Of a stretch of DNA of 64,000 bases, positions 10,733 to 23,900 are shown piece after piece (the stretch's first letter is position 1; each line of letters begins with the position of its first letter). Both the position numbers and the translations under genes were made by a program. Source of the DNA: Mobula hypostoma (Eukaryota); the NCBI RefSeq assembly GCF_963921235.1, contig NC_086097.1, positions 145,516,001-145,580,000 of the forward strand, given 5' to 3'. The notes beneath the pieces are model-generated. The model was not told where the DNA came from, ran no database searches, and worked only from the letters and a program-made list of their open reading frames with translations.

Positions 10733-11765
10733 TATTTTCTAAATGGAGAAAAAATACAAAAAACGGAGACATTAAGGGACTTGACAGTCCTTGTGCAGGA
10801 TTCCCTAAACATTAATTTGCAGGTTGAGTCTGTGGTGAGGAAGACAAATGCAATGTTAACATTCATTTCAAGAGGACTAGTATATAAAGGCAGGGATATA
10901 ATGTTGAAACTTTATAAAGCACTGGTGAATCCTCACTTGGAGTATTGTGAGCAGGTTTGGGCCACTTATCTTAGAAATTATGTGCTGAAACTGGAGAGGG
11001 TTCAAAGGAGGTTCACGAAAATGATTCCAGGATTGAATGGCTTGTCATATGAAGAGCGTTTGATGGCTCTATGCCTGTATTCAGAAGAATGTGGGGGAGG
11101 GGGTGACCTTATTGAAACCTATCGAATGGTGAAAGGCCTTGATAGAGCGGACGTGGAGAAGATGTTTCCTGTGGTGGGAGAGTCTAACACCAGAGGACAC
11201 AGCCTCAGAATAGAGGTGTGTCCTTTTAGAGTGGAGTTGAGGAGGAAATTCTTTAGGCAGAGAGTGGTGAATCTGTGGAATTCCTTCCTACAGGCAGCTG
11301 TGGAGGCCAAGTCTTTATGTATATTTAAGGCAAGGGTTGATAGATTCTTGATTGGTCAAGGTATGAAGAGATATGGGGAGAAGGAAGGAGATTGAGCCCG
11401 AGAGGGAAATTGGATCAGCCATGATGAAATGGCAGAGCAGACTTGATTGGCCAAATGGCCTAATTCTGCTCCTATATCTTATGGTCTCGTGGTATTGAGG
11501 CTAAGGCTTGAAGCTTATTGATTAATTTTGAGGGGATGATGGTATTGAATGCCGAGCTATAGTCGATAAAGAACATCCCAATTTATGTATCTTTGCCGTC
11601 CAGAAGTTCCAGGGTTGACTGAAGAGCTGGTGTGATGGCTCTTCACTCAACTAATGCATTGTAGTGTGTTGTATAGATAAGATTTATGCCATATTAAATA
11701 ATAAGCTACGGTTAGAATTTCTAGTCCTGTATGTCTAATTCAATTAATTGACTTCTTTCTTACAG

Positions 11766-11847
11766 ATCTGTTGATGTGACCAACACCATCATCGTACTCT
11801 GTGACCGAATCTGATTAAAGGCAGTCATGTGATACAAGGTGACGAGG
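11766..11847 (+). promoter_or_regulatory. SCAP 5' UTR segment with two ATG-TGA start-stop uORFs (11774-11779 and 11827-11832)
   Basis: Sequences ttgATGTGAc and gtcATGTGAt lie between the acceptor and the main ATG. Confidence 0.6.
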
Positions 11848-11969
11848 ATGACCATTACTGAAAGGCTGCGTGAAAAGATATCACAGGCATTCTATATCCA
11901 CGGACTCTTGTGTGCATCATACCCCATTCCCATTATCTTTTTCACTGCTGTGTGTATTTTAACATGCTG
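11848..11969 (+). CDS. SCAP: SCAP first coding exon (exon starts about 11766 with 5' UTR); [40 protein letters not shown]
   Basis: Acceptor ttctttcttacag ends at 11765, ATG at 11848, donor gtaagt at 11970. Confidence 0.96.
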
Positions 11970-14900
11970 GTAAGTAAAATGTTGCATCAATGACTGCTCA
12001 ACAGTAGTATCAATAATTTAACATTATGTGGTGACTTCAAAGCATTGAATTCCAATATTTTCTGGTCATGGTGAATAGTTGCTCGGAAAATATAGATTAT
12101 AATTAGGTATGTAACCCAAAATATAGCTGTTTGGAGGCTTTTGAAGATTAGGAAAAGTGCGGTGAGATGGAATGCATTAATAAAGAAAATTCCATTATAG
12201 GGTTTGAAGCCTGATGCCATATTTTGTGAAAAGTGGGTGAATGTAGAATAGAATAGAGCTGTAAGAGCACAAAATACACATTGTGGCTGGATACTGTTGT
12301 CAATGATGATGAAAGCCAAAGCTCTTTTTGAGATTATGGAATATGGAATGTATATTGCTAAACAGGAAAAACAGAGTTGTCATAACAGAGGTGGCAGGTG
12401 GGGCTGGGTATGCTAGGGTGTGAGCAGCTGTGCAATTAAAATACTTTTCAGAAAGCATGTAAAAATGCAAGTCGGGGGTTGTTAAATTGCTTGCTTTAGT
12501 TATCTTGAAATGTTAAATTCCTGAAATTTGTTTGAATTGAATTGTGCCTAATTTGCTCTTACAATTTTTTTCCATTTTGCGAAAATTCATTATTAAAAAC
12601 AGTGACCCAAAAGATGATGTAGAATGACCTGAAATTTATCCAGGTTTTCAACTTATGTTTTCTGATTGCTTGTGTCAAAAACCAGTTAAGCAACAGTTAA
12701 TGAAAGCCCAAACGTAGGCAGATTTGCTAAGAGCCGACCATGAATATTGTGTCCTAGCTGTCTACGTGATACGCAAGCCTGGGCAGTATGATATTGAAAG
12801 CAAGCTGTTGCCCATGCAGTAAGGCTCCCCTTCTCCATGTAGCTGATGAATCCAAAGCAACAACAGAGATCGATAGAGTTTGGCACCAGTAGCATCGCAG
12901 GAGTTGCCGGTCAGCATTGATCTCAACATAGGTCTGTTTTAGGGACTCCAGCTCCGGATTATTCCTCAAGACTTAATCCCAAAGCTTTCCCTATGAGTAG
13001 ATATAACTGCAAGGCAACAGATATTTAAGATCAGAGTTTTCCTTCTCCCTGAAGAGCAGCCAACCACAGCTGATGAGTCTCACCCACCTGACGTGACTGG
13101 TTTTTAGGCTCCAGTAACCCTCTTTTTTTTTCCCCTTCTGTCAGTGGAGCTGGTTCTGCCAGGCTTGAAGGCCAGGAGCTGGACTTGGTTGTCAGAGGCT
13201 ATTTGAGACGTATGCCATCGGGAACATTTAATAGCTTATCCCCACCATCTCCCCCGACTATGACAATTTTAAGGAACCAGCTTTGTTAAGAAAGCCTGAA
13301 ATATTTTATGACAAGAAATATCAAGTGACCTAGTAGGGCACAGATATCAAACTGCCTATCAGAATCCTAAATAGGGCATGTAAGAAAATGAAAAAATCCC
13401 CTGCAGATGTTCAAGTGTACCCAATCTTCACTGGTTCCATATTTGACAAAAATGCTTAATCATGGTTGTTATTGTTTCATTCAAGATTCAAGATTGCTTA
13501 ATAACATTTCCAGGACAGAAGTGTAAAGGGGAACAAAATAATTGTTACTTTGGATCTGATGTAGCACAAAAGAAAACACAATAAGATCAATAATACAATA
13601 ATAAAAAAAAAGTATAAATACATAATTTAGCCTATATACATTGAATGTATGTCCTTAAGGTGACACCAGGCACAGGAGTTTCTGTAAATAAGGTGAATCA
13701 AGACAGGTAAGTAGTGGTGGTGCGGTGGTGTGGAGGAGGAGGTTAGTGGGTGGAAGTACTGATCAGCCTTACTGCTTACGGAAAGTAACTGTTTTTGAGT
13801 CTGGTGGCCCTGGCATGGATGCTACGTAACCACCTTCCTGATGGGAGTGGGACAAACAGTCCATGAGGAGGGTGGGTAGGATCTTTCATGATGTTACTGG
13901 CCCATTTCCAGTACCTTCTTGTACACACGTCCTTGATGGCAGGTAGGCTGGTGCTGGTGATCCATTGGGCAGTTTTGACTACCCATTGTAGAGCCTTCCT
14001 GTCCTCTGCAGTTCTGTTTCTATACTGTACAGTGATACAGCATGTTAGGATGATCTCTACTGCGCATCTGTAGAATGATATGAGTATAGAAGTGCCTAGT
14101 CCTTTCTTCAGCCTCCTCAGTAAGTAGAGGCATTGGTGAACTTGCCTGGTTGTGTAGGATGCATTCTGGGGCCATGAGAGATTGTGTGAGATGTGCTCTC
14201 CCAGGAGTTTGAAACTGCTCATAGTTTCCACTGTTGTGCCGCCAATGTAAAGAAGAGTGTGAGTGGTGTGAGTTCTCCCGAACTCAATAACCATCTCCTT
14301 TGCCTTGTTGACACTAAGGAAGAGGTTATTTGCCTAATGCCAGGCCTTGAGCTCTTTCACATCTTCTGATTGTTTTTGGTGATTAGCCTCATCACTGTCA
14401 TGTCATTGGCGAACTTGACAATGTGTTTACTTGGGTATTTGGCTGTGCCGTCATGAGTGAGCAGTGTACAGCAGTGGGCTCAGCACTCCCATGTTACAGA
14501 TGATGGGGAAAGGAGGAAAGGTTGTGCAACCTGACTGTCTGAGGTCTGTTGGTTTAAGAAGTCAAGCATCCAGTTGCACAGTGGTGTATTTGAATTGAAT
14601 TGATTTTATTTCCTACATCCTTCACTTACATGAGGAGTAAAAATCTGTGCGTTATGTCTCCGTCTAAATGTGCAATGTGGAATCATAGTAATTTATAATA
14701 AATAGAACAGTTGGTGTAACAGAAATATACTCAAATCAGCGTGAGTTAATCAGTCTGATGGCCTGGTGGCAGAAGCTGTCCCAGAACCTGTTGGTCCTGG
14801 CTTTTATGCTGCGGTAACGTTTCCCAGATTATAACAGCTGGAATGGATTGTGGTTGGGGTGACACGGGTCCCCAATGATCCTTCAGCCCTTTTTTTCACA

Positions 14901-17900
14901 CCTGTCTTTGTAAATTTCCTGAATCATGGGCAGTTCACAACCATCTTCACCACTCCCTGCAAAACCCTGCGATTAAGGGAGGTACAGTTCCCATACCAGG
15001 CAGTGATGCAGCTCGTCAGGATACTCTCCATTGTGCCCTGTAGGATGTTCTTAGGATTTGGGGGCCCATACCAAACTTCCTCAACCGTCTGAGGTGAAAG
15101 AGACGCTGTTGTGCCTTTTTCACCACACAGCTGGTGTGCAGACCACGTAAGATTTTCGGTGATGAAATGGCAGGTGCAATTTAATCGTGATCAATGTGAT
15201 CTGTTGCACTTTGGAATGACAAATATAAGAGGAAATATAAGTATTTAGCACTGATTTACAGAGGGATCTTGGGGCCCAAAACCATAGCTTCCTGAAAGTA
15301 GCAATGCAGATGGATAGGGTGGTAATGGATTCATGCAGCATGCTTGCCTTCATCTGATAGGTGTGTATAAAAGTGGAGAAATCTTGTTACAGCTGAATAT
15401 AACTTCTTTTAGAACAAATTTGGAATATTGTATGCCTTTTTGATTGTTGAATGACAGGAAGGATGTGGAGGCTTGGGGAGGGTGCAGAAGGCATTCACCA
15501 GCATATTGCCTGGTTTAACGAGTACCTGGTATAAGGGAGAGGTTTGATAAATTTGGATTGTTTTCTCTGGAACTTTGGAGGCTGAGGGGTGCCTGATAGA
15601 AGAATATAAAATTATTAAGAGTACGGAAAACGATTCCGGCCAAGACGTTGACTGTATTCTTTTCCATAGATGCTGCCTGGCCTGCTGAGTTGCTCTAGCA
15701 TCTTGTGTGTGTTGCTGCAGACATATGTGATTATTTTGCATTACTATCATTTAGCACAGACAGTATGGGCCCAAAGACCCTGTTGCTGTTCTGTATTATT
15801 CCTTGTTATATGAAAAGAAATGTTAGGCATGAAATTTAAAGAAGAATAACAAAGGAAGAGATTCAGTCTTGGATGATTTGTGACTTTAAGAGGAAGTTCA
15901 AGGTATTGGTATTCCATCTTCTTGCTGCACTGATCTTTTGGGTCAGATGTTTTCAAAGAAGCCTTGATATGTTGCTGAAATTATTGTGAAGAGTCACTGG
16001 ACACATTCTGCTTTGGTCAGTATTTGAAACTGCAACAGTCAAGACAACTACCTGTTCCACATCTAACATACACTGGGAAGCCAAGGGCAAAAGTCATTTA
16101 CTACAAAACATAATCTAGCCTCCAGATGGTTCTTGTTGCCACAGTAGTTAATGCAAATTGCTCTATCTGGTTAACTGGAACCCAAGGATTTTGGTAACAG
16201 GGAATATGATATTAAAGGTGATAGTTGGAGATTATTGTTCTCTGGAAACTGTGTCATTTGATTTTTTATTTGCCACTCAGTAGCTCTAGGTAGGATATTG
16301 TGCAGACCGTGACAAGTCATTAGATTAAGCTCTAAGCTGTTAAGCCTTTAAAGCTTCCTCTGCCATTCTTGAAGATCATGGTTGATCTGCTATAAAAGTA
16401 TTGTTCTCATGCACCATTTCTAATAACTTGTTAGCTCTTAGTGACTTGCATACTAGGGCATGCAATGTCCTTAGAGCATTATTTCCCAATCTGTCACCAT
16501 CTAAGGTATACTCTGTTATTACATTTTGTGTGTCCAACTAGATGACCGTATATGTTTCCAGTTTGTTATTCATCATTCATCTTCTTAACCATCGACTTAG
16601 TTTGTCCATTTCCTCATGAACTTGGAAACGTGGTATTTGTTACCTTCATTTATAGATTGTCAATAGAAAGAGTTCACGTAGCAATGACAGTGGCACCCCA
16701 CCATTCACTAGCCACCTGAGAAGGACATATTCATTCCCACTCTTTGCTTTCTGTCTATTTTCCCGCATCCAGGTACAAATTCTTACATTCCTATGGATTT
16801 GTAAACAGACCTTAACGCTGTTCACAATTTCTTTCAGCTTTTTGTGTGTTGCTCCAGAGTTCCAGCTGCTGCAGTCTCCTGTATTTCTTTCCCTCTTTCG
16901 ACTATTTGACGGCAGATATTTTTTTCAGGATAATACGGTTTAAGCACTGCCCTGAGGCATTCTTGTAATGATATCCTGAAGATCAAATGAGACAAGTCAA
17001 TCATAAGTAAAGTGTTTTGTTTTCTGGCTTTGCTGTTGACATTTACTGAAGCATGAATGACCTTGGAACGCTCTCCTCATATTCAGCTACCCCTAAAATT
17101 TGAGTCAATTCTGTTTTCACTCATGCCAGTATATGAGCTTAGAAATTAACTAATGTTCAACAAGAGAGCGGAATTCAGTGAAGGCTGGTATCAGAGAAAG
17201 CTGCATTGTTGTCTCACATTAATCTTGTGCCATACCTCCAACAAGCTTCCCAATGGTATGGAGGTATCTTTCAGAACTAATGGGGAATAGTTCCACTTAG
17301 GGTGACTACAACACCAGAAACAATTTCACCTACACCTCAATAGTTGAGCTGCAAAATGTATTCTGTGGATGAATTCTAAGTTACTGTCAGCTGATTTAGT
17401 GAAGTGTGTGGGAAGATAGGCCTTGCACTAGCATCCACCGACAAATGTCCTCATCCAACATCCCCCATTTAACCATGCTGCCCTCCGAAAATAAAAGCAA
17501 CAAGATAAAAATGGTATCTTCAGAAAATTTCTTCAGTTGATGTTTGTATGTGCTCGTGGTATCTGAACATTCATGGTTCATGCCTAATTGTCCTTTAATT
17601 GATGAGGGAGTCAAGAAGTCAATTGCATTGGTGGGTCTGGGTGACATATAGAGCTGAAGGACCTTATAGATACCAGTCTTTTATTCCAGATATTCCTTTT
17701 ATTTAATTGCTTCATTTTGAATGCTCAGCAGCAATGGTGAGATTCACATTTTTGCCAGTGGTTCTTTTCTCTATATAGTCATGCGCTACTATCATTGCTC
17801 TTCAAATGAGGAAACTATCAACAACAAAAAATGACTGCTTGTTGATGATAAGCTCACACAAATGATGCTATTTTAAAACTGTTCGCTCTAAGCATGATGT

Positions 17901-20900
17901 AGTGTCTAACGACCACATGACTTGCATGTGTCTCACACCAGTTAGAAAATGTTCAGCAACAGTCTTCTGCCCCAATTAAGCAGCATAGTGCCCAAATAAA
18001 TAAAGAGAATTCCGTCTACTTTCATGGTTTCTTTTTGTTGTTTAAGAATTGTCCTAAATAAGTGACTGAAATGGTATTTTAAGGAGTTATTTTAAATGAT
18101 GAGTGCATTAATCTTGGTATCCAGTATTAAAATTACATTGAAAAGAGTATATGCGGAATAAAGTGAAACAGAAGAGACTGCTGATGTTGGAATCTGAAGT
18201 AACGCATGAGATGCTGGAGAATCTCGACAGGCTAGGCAGTATCTATGGAGGAAAGTGAACAGTCGACATTTTGAATCAAAGTCCTTCATGAAATAAAGTG
18301 ACACACACAAAATGCTGGAGGAACTGAGCAAGACAGGCAGCATCTATAGAAGTAAGCACAGTCGCCGTTTCCGGCTGAGACCCTTCAGCAGGACTGGAGA
18401 AAAAAATCTGAGGAGTAGATTTGAAAGGTCGGGGGAGGTGAGAGAGAAACATCAGGTGATGGAGATGAAACTAGGAAGGGGAGGGATGAAGCAAAAAGCT
18501 AGGAAGTTGATTGGTGAAAGAGACAGAAGACCATGGAAGAAAGGGGGGGGGGAGGAGCACAGAGGGAGGTGATGGGTGGGCAGGAGATAACATGAGAGGG
18601 GGAAAGGGGATGGGAAATGGTGAGGGAGGGGGGTGCATTTGAGAAATCGATGTTCATACCATCAGGTCAGAGCCTACCCAAACGGAATATATGGTGGTGT
18701 TCCTCCAATCTAAGTGTGGCCTTATCGCAACAGTGAAGGAGGCCATGGATGGACATAGCAGAATGGGAATGGGAAGTGGAATTAAAATGGGTGGCCACTG
18801 GGAGATTCTGCTTGTTCTGGCAGACAGAGTATAGATGCTCGGTGAAGCGGTCTCCCAATCTACGTCAGGTCTCACCGATATACAGGAGGTCACATCGGGA
18901 GCACCGAACACAGTGTATGACCCCAAAAGGCTCACAGGTGAAGTGTTGTCTCACCTGGAAAGTCTGTTTGGAGCTCTGAAGGGTAGTGAGGGAGGAGGTG
19001 TAGGGACAGGTGTAGAACTTGTTCTGCTTGCAAGGGTAAGTGCCAGGAGGGAGATCAGTGGGGAGGGACAAATTGTGTAGGGAGTGATCCCTATGGTAAG
19101 CAGAAAGTTGAGGAGAGGGAAAGATGTGTTTGGTGGTAGGATCCAGTTGGAGGTGGCAGAAGTTTCAGAGAATTATATGCTGGACACGGAGTTGATGGGT
19201 GGTGGGTAAGGACAGAGGAACCCTATTCCTGGTAGGGTGGTGGGAGGATGGGGAAGAGCAGATGTGCATGAAATGGAAGAGATGCGGTTGAGAACAGCAT
19301 TGATGGTGGAGGAAGGGAAGCTCCTTTCTTTGAAAAAGGAGGACGTCTCCTTTGTTCTAGAATGAAAAGCCTCATCTTTACAGTAGATGCGGTGGAGACA
19401 GAGGAATTGAGAGAAGAGAATGGCGTTTTTACAAGTAGGAGAGTGGGACGAGGTATAGTGTACGTAGCTGTGAGAGTCCATTGATTTATCATAGACATCA
19501 GTGGGATAATGTGTTTATTTTCTAGATTTACAAATAAAAAGACGGATATTGCAAAAACAACAGACAATTTACTTAATCAAGCCTCAAGTAATCGAGTTAA
19601 GAGTAAAGAATAAAATGCTAGTTTTGGTGTCATCACGGAAAAGGAAGTATTCAAGTTGTTAAGGAAGTTAATACAAGTTCTTTGTGATAAGATAAGAGAG
19701 AAGCCAATATTCAAAACTATCCTTCTTACCAGCATTTTATGGAAAGTCACATGCAACTCAATGTCCATCTGTGGCCTATATAAGAACTGTACATTTCTGT
19801 ACAGCCATTATATAAATTTAACTGTTTAATGGATGGAAAAATATAACCAATATCTATAATAATTTAGAAATTTAGTTGAACATTTTACTATTGCCATTAA
19901 AAAGTACATAAACTGGGTTACAAAAATAAACGGCAGAAATAAAAATGGAATTGAATCTGCAGTTACAATTCAAAAAAACTCAAACTGTCAGCTTCGTGTG
20001 AATGGCATTGAAAATCACATCAGACCTTGGAGAATGTAGTTTGACAGTGAGAACAGTAAATCCCAATGGAAATTATTGCATTCACTTTTCACTTACAGTT
20101 ATTTTGTTTAGTTAATTTTTGGTGACTTTAAGGTGGAGAATTGGGTTTCAAGCCTGGTCTCAATATCAAATGTTTCAGAAATCAAACTGGCCACAGGAAA
20201 TTTTGTGAACTATATCGAGAGAAGTCTCATTGTCCCTTTTTAATATTACTGCTAAATTTCGGGTGGGGTGTTGAAATATAATTAATTAATAATTGGAAAA
20301 AGAAAATGTCATTGGTAAAAGTGATCACAATAGCTTAGGATTTTCAATGCAGGTCAAGAGAGACATAGAAACTAGACTTGAGCTTGAAGCCGTAAACACG
20401 AGGAATTCTGCAGATGCTGAAAATTCAAGCAACACACAGCAAAGTTGCTGGTGAACGCAGCAGGCCAGGCAGCATCTCTAGGAAGAGGTACAGTCGACGT
20501 TTCGGTCCGAGACCCTTTGTCAGGGTTGCTTGTGTTGCTTGAGCTTGAAGCCTATTAGAAAAGTGAGCCAACCATAACCAACTGTGGAAGTTAAAGAGAG
20601 TACATTAGATTAATTCAAGTGGCTTATAATATTGCCAGGAAGGATAATAAGCATGAGAATTCAGTGTGTTTTTGGAAGCATCGAAAAATTACTGGAAAAT
20701 CTGTAAAACAGAAGTCAGTAATAAGAATAGATTAGCATGAAATAATAAGTATGAGTATATTATATTAAAAAACTATATCAAAAGCAAAATATAAGTGTGA
20801 ATCCAATGGAGATAATGACCAATGAAACTGCATGACTGAGGAAATGATTGAGGAATATTATGGATCTACAGTATCTTAACAATCAATGGAAAACGTAAAT

Positions 20901-23900
20901 GTAGCAAAAATTAGGAAAGAATGGAACTCTGGTGGAACTAAAAGCCTTAATGGAAGTAAGGAACTTGTAGTAACTAATACCACTGAAAATAAAGTACTTA
21001 AGAAATTGAAGGAACTGAAATGAGGTTAGTCCATGAATTTGATATTTTTTTAATTGTCCCCATATTCTCATCGACTCTGTCTTATTGTTTCTTTCTGGTG
21101 CACGTGGTCTTTCTGGTGCATATGCTCTCTCTGGTTCTCTGCTTTCTGGTACACGTGCTCTCTCTATCTCTCTGCTTCAAGCTATATTTTAAACCCTGCC
21201 TTCATATACAAACTTTTGGTTTTCTTGCCCTAATATTTCAAGCTGTAGTTTATGACCAAATTTGATGCTATCAGTGCCTTTTGTTTACTTCACTCTTAAA
21301 GGTATAATAAAACTGCACTTTATTGTTTCTAGGGAAACAGAAATTCAGTTTCTCTGAAGAGTAATATGAATTTGTATTGCTTTTTAATGTCCTCAACTAT
21401 TTCTTTTTAGTTATGAGGCTACAGAAAAATTTCAGTAATGTTAAATTTCAACCTTGCAACTTGACATATCTGGGGAGCACTATTAGCTGTACAGTCATCA
21501 GTTATGTAGAATACTTGTATTTGCAAATATGTAATGGAGGATGGTAGAAAGAAAATAATGTGATGAATTGCACAATTATAAATAAAATGTTATATCTGAT
21601 CTAGCATTATTGTATTTATATGTTACACATTGATACTATTTACCAAGCTCGTTATTAATTTGACAATTCAAAAGATTACATTTTTAATGGTAAACAGATG
21701 TGCTTTTGGAGCAGCTACTAAATGGTAAATGATGAAGATTATTAATTTGATGAAAATCAGAAAAAAATGCCAATGTACAGTGGCATACAAAAGTTTGGGC
21801 ACCCTCGGTCAAAATTTCTGTTACTGTGAATAGCTAAGCGAGTAAAAGAGGACCTGATTTCCAAAAGGCATAAAGTTAAAGATGACACATTTCTTTAGTA
21901 TTTTAAGCAAGATTACTTTTTTATTTCCATCTTTTGCAGTTTCAAAATAACAAAAAAGGAAAAGGGCCCGAAGCAAAAGTTTGGGTACCCTGCATGGTCA
22001 GTACTTAGTAACACCCCCTTTGGCAAGTATCACAGCTTGCAAACGCTTTCTGTAGCCAGCTAAGAGTCTTTCAATTCTTGTTTGGGGGCTTTTTCGCCCA
22101 TTCTTCCTTGCAAAGGGCTTCTAGTTCTGTGAGATTCTTGGGTCATCTTGCATGCACTGCTCTTTTGAGGTCTATCCGTAGATTTTTGATGATGTTTGGT
22201 CGGGGGATTGTGAGGGCCATGGCAAAACCTTCAGCTTGCGCCTCTTGAGGTAGTCCATTGTGGATTTTGAGGTGTGTTTAGGATCATTATCCTATTGTAG
22301 AAGCCATCCTCTCTTTATCTTCAGCTTTTTTACAGATGGTGTGATGTTTGCTTCCAGAATTTGCTGGTATTTAATTGAATTCATTCTTCCCTCTACCAGT
22401 GAAACGTTCCCCGTGCCACTGGCTGCAACACAAGCCCAAAGCATGATCGATCCACCTCCATGCTTAACAGTTGGAGAGGTGTTCTTTTCATGAAATTCTG
22501 CACCCTTTTTTCTCCAAACATACCTTTGCTCATTGTGGCCAAAAAGCTCTATTTTAACTTCATCAGTCCACAGGACTTGTTTCCGAAATGCATCAGGCTT
22601 GTTTAGATGTTCCTTTGCAAACTTCTGACACTGAATTTTTTGGTGAGGACACAGGAAAGGTTTTCTTCAGATGACTCTTACATGAAGGTCATATTGTGCA
22701 GGTGTTGCTACACAGTAGAACAGTGGACCACCACTCCAGAGTCTGCTAAGTCTTCTTGAAGGTCTTTTGCAGTCAAACAGGGGTTTTGATTTGCCTTTCT
22801 AACAATCCTTCAAGCAGTTCTCTCGAAAAGTTTTCTTGGTCTTCCAGGCCTCAACTTCACCTCCACCATTCCTGTTAACTGCCATTTCTTAATTACATTA
22901 CGAACTGAGGAAATGGCTACCTGAAAACGCCTTGCTATCTTCTTATAGCCTACTGCTTTGTGGGCATCATTTATTTTAATTTCAGAGTGCTCGGCAGCTG
23001 CTTAGAGGAGCCCATGGCTGCTGATCGTTGGGACAAGCTTTGATGAGTCACGGTATTTATAAAGCTTTGAAATTTGCATCACCTGGCCTTTCCTAACGAT
23101 GACTGTGAACAAGCCATAGCCCTAACAAGCTAATTAAGGTCTGAGATCTTGGTAAAAGTTATCTAAGAGCTCAAATCTCTTGGGGTGCCCAAACCTTTGC
23201 ATGGTGCTCCTTTCCTTTTTTCACTCTAAAATTGTACAAAACAAAAATAATACACTAATCTTGCTTAAAATGTTGAAAAGTATGTTTCATCTTTAACTTC
23301 ATGACTTTTGGAGATCAGTTCAGCTTCTACTCACTTAACTATTCACAGTAACAGAAATTTTGACCAGAGGTGCCCAAACTTTTGCATGCCACTGTATGTC
23401 CTGATTTATGGGCCTAAAAAGTATTTTATAATGCTTCTACAATTACTAAGCCATTAGTTACTACATGTAAATTAATTAATTGCATCAGATAAAACCATAC
23501 AGGAGTTATGAATTTTGAAGGAGGTCCCCTGTTTTAATCAGAAGTTCAAGAAATTATGTAAATCTATCTTAATATTGTACAGCATTAGTTTAATAAACTG
23601 ATGATGAATATTTGCAATATTTAGGATTATTATGCAGCAAATAACTGGAATTGCTTGGAAATGACAACTATTATGTTAACCCTATGCTGTTAATGCATAA
23701 TCTATGAATTAGCATGAAATGGGATAGGGAGAATTGAAAAATATGTATATTGTTTTTTTTTGAGATATTTATTTTTATTGTTTGTTTTTTGTTTATCATA
23801 GTTATCCCTTATTGAAACTACCTCTGCCAGGAACAGGGCCAGTAGAGTTTACAACACCTGTAAAGGATTACTCCGTGCCCCCAACTGAAGCAAATCCAGG

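Larger units (their letters stand above)
4700..11475 (+). mobile_element. Near full-length decayed CR1 LINE (ORF1 SGNH esterase, ORF2 APE and RT) interrupted by three insertions
   Basis: ORF1 motifs VVIGDSLIR, VCCLPGG and ISGLLP...FNTWLRSWCRREG; APE LNVRSIRNK...GITES; RT WKIANITPLFKKG and CLTNLLEFFEE; 3' end gcctaattctgctcctatatcttatgg. May be a composite of two CR1 subfamilies. Confidence 0.88.

Noticed and set aside
1..11765. SCAP promoter or first exon
   Set aside because: No CpG island or GC-box cluster outside transposons; probably upstream of the window.
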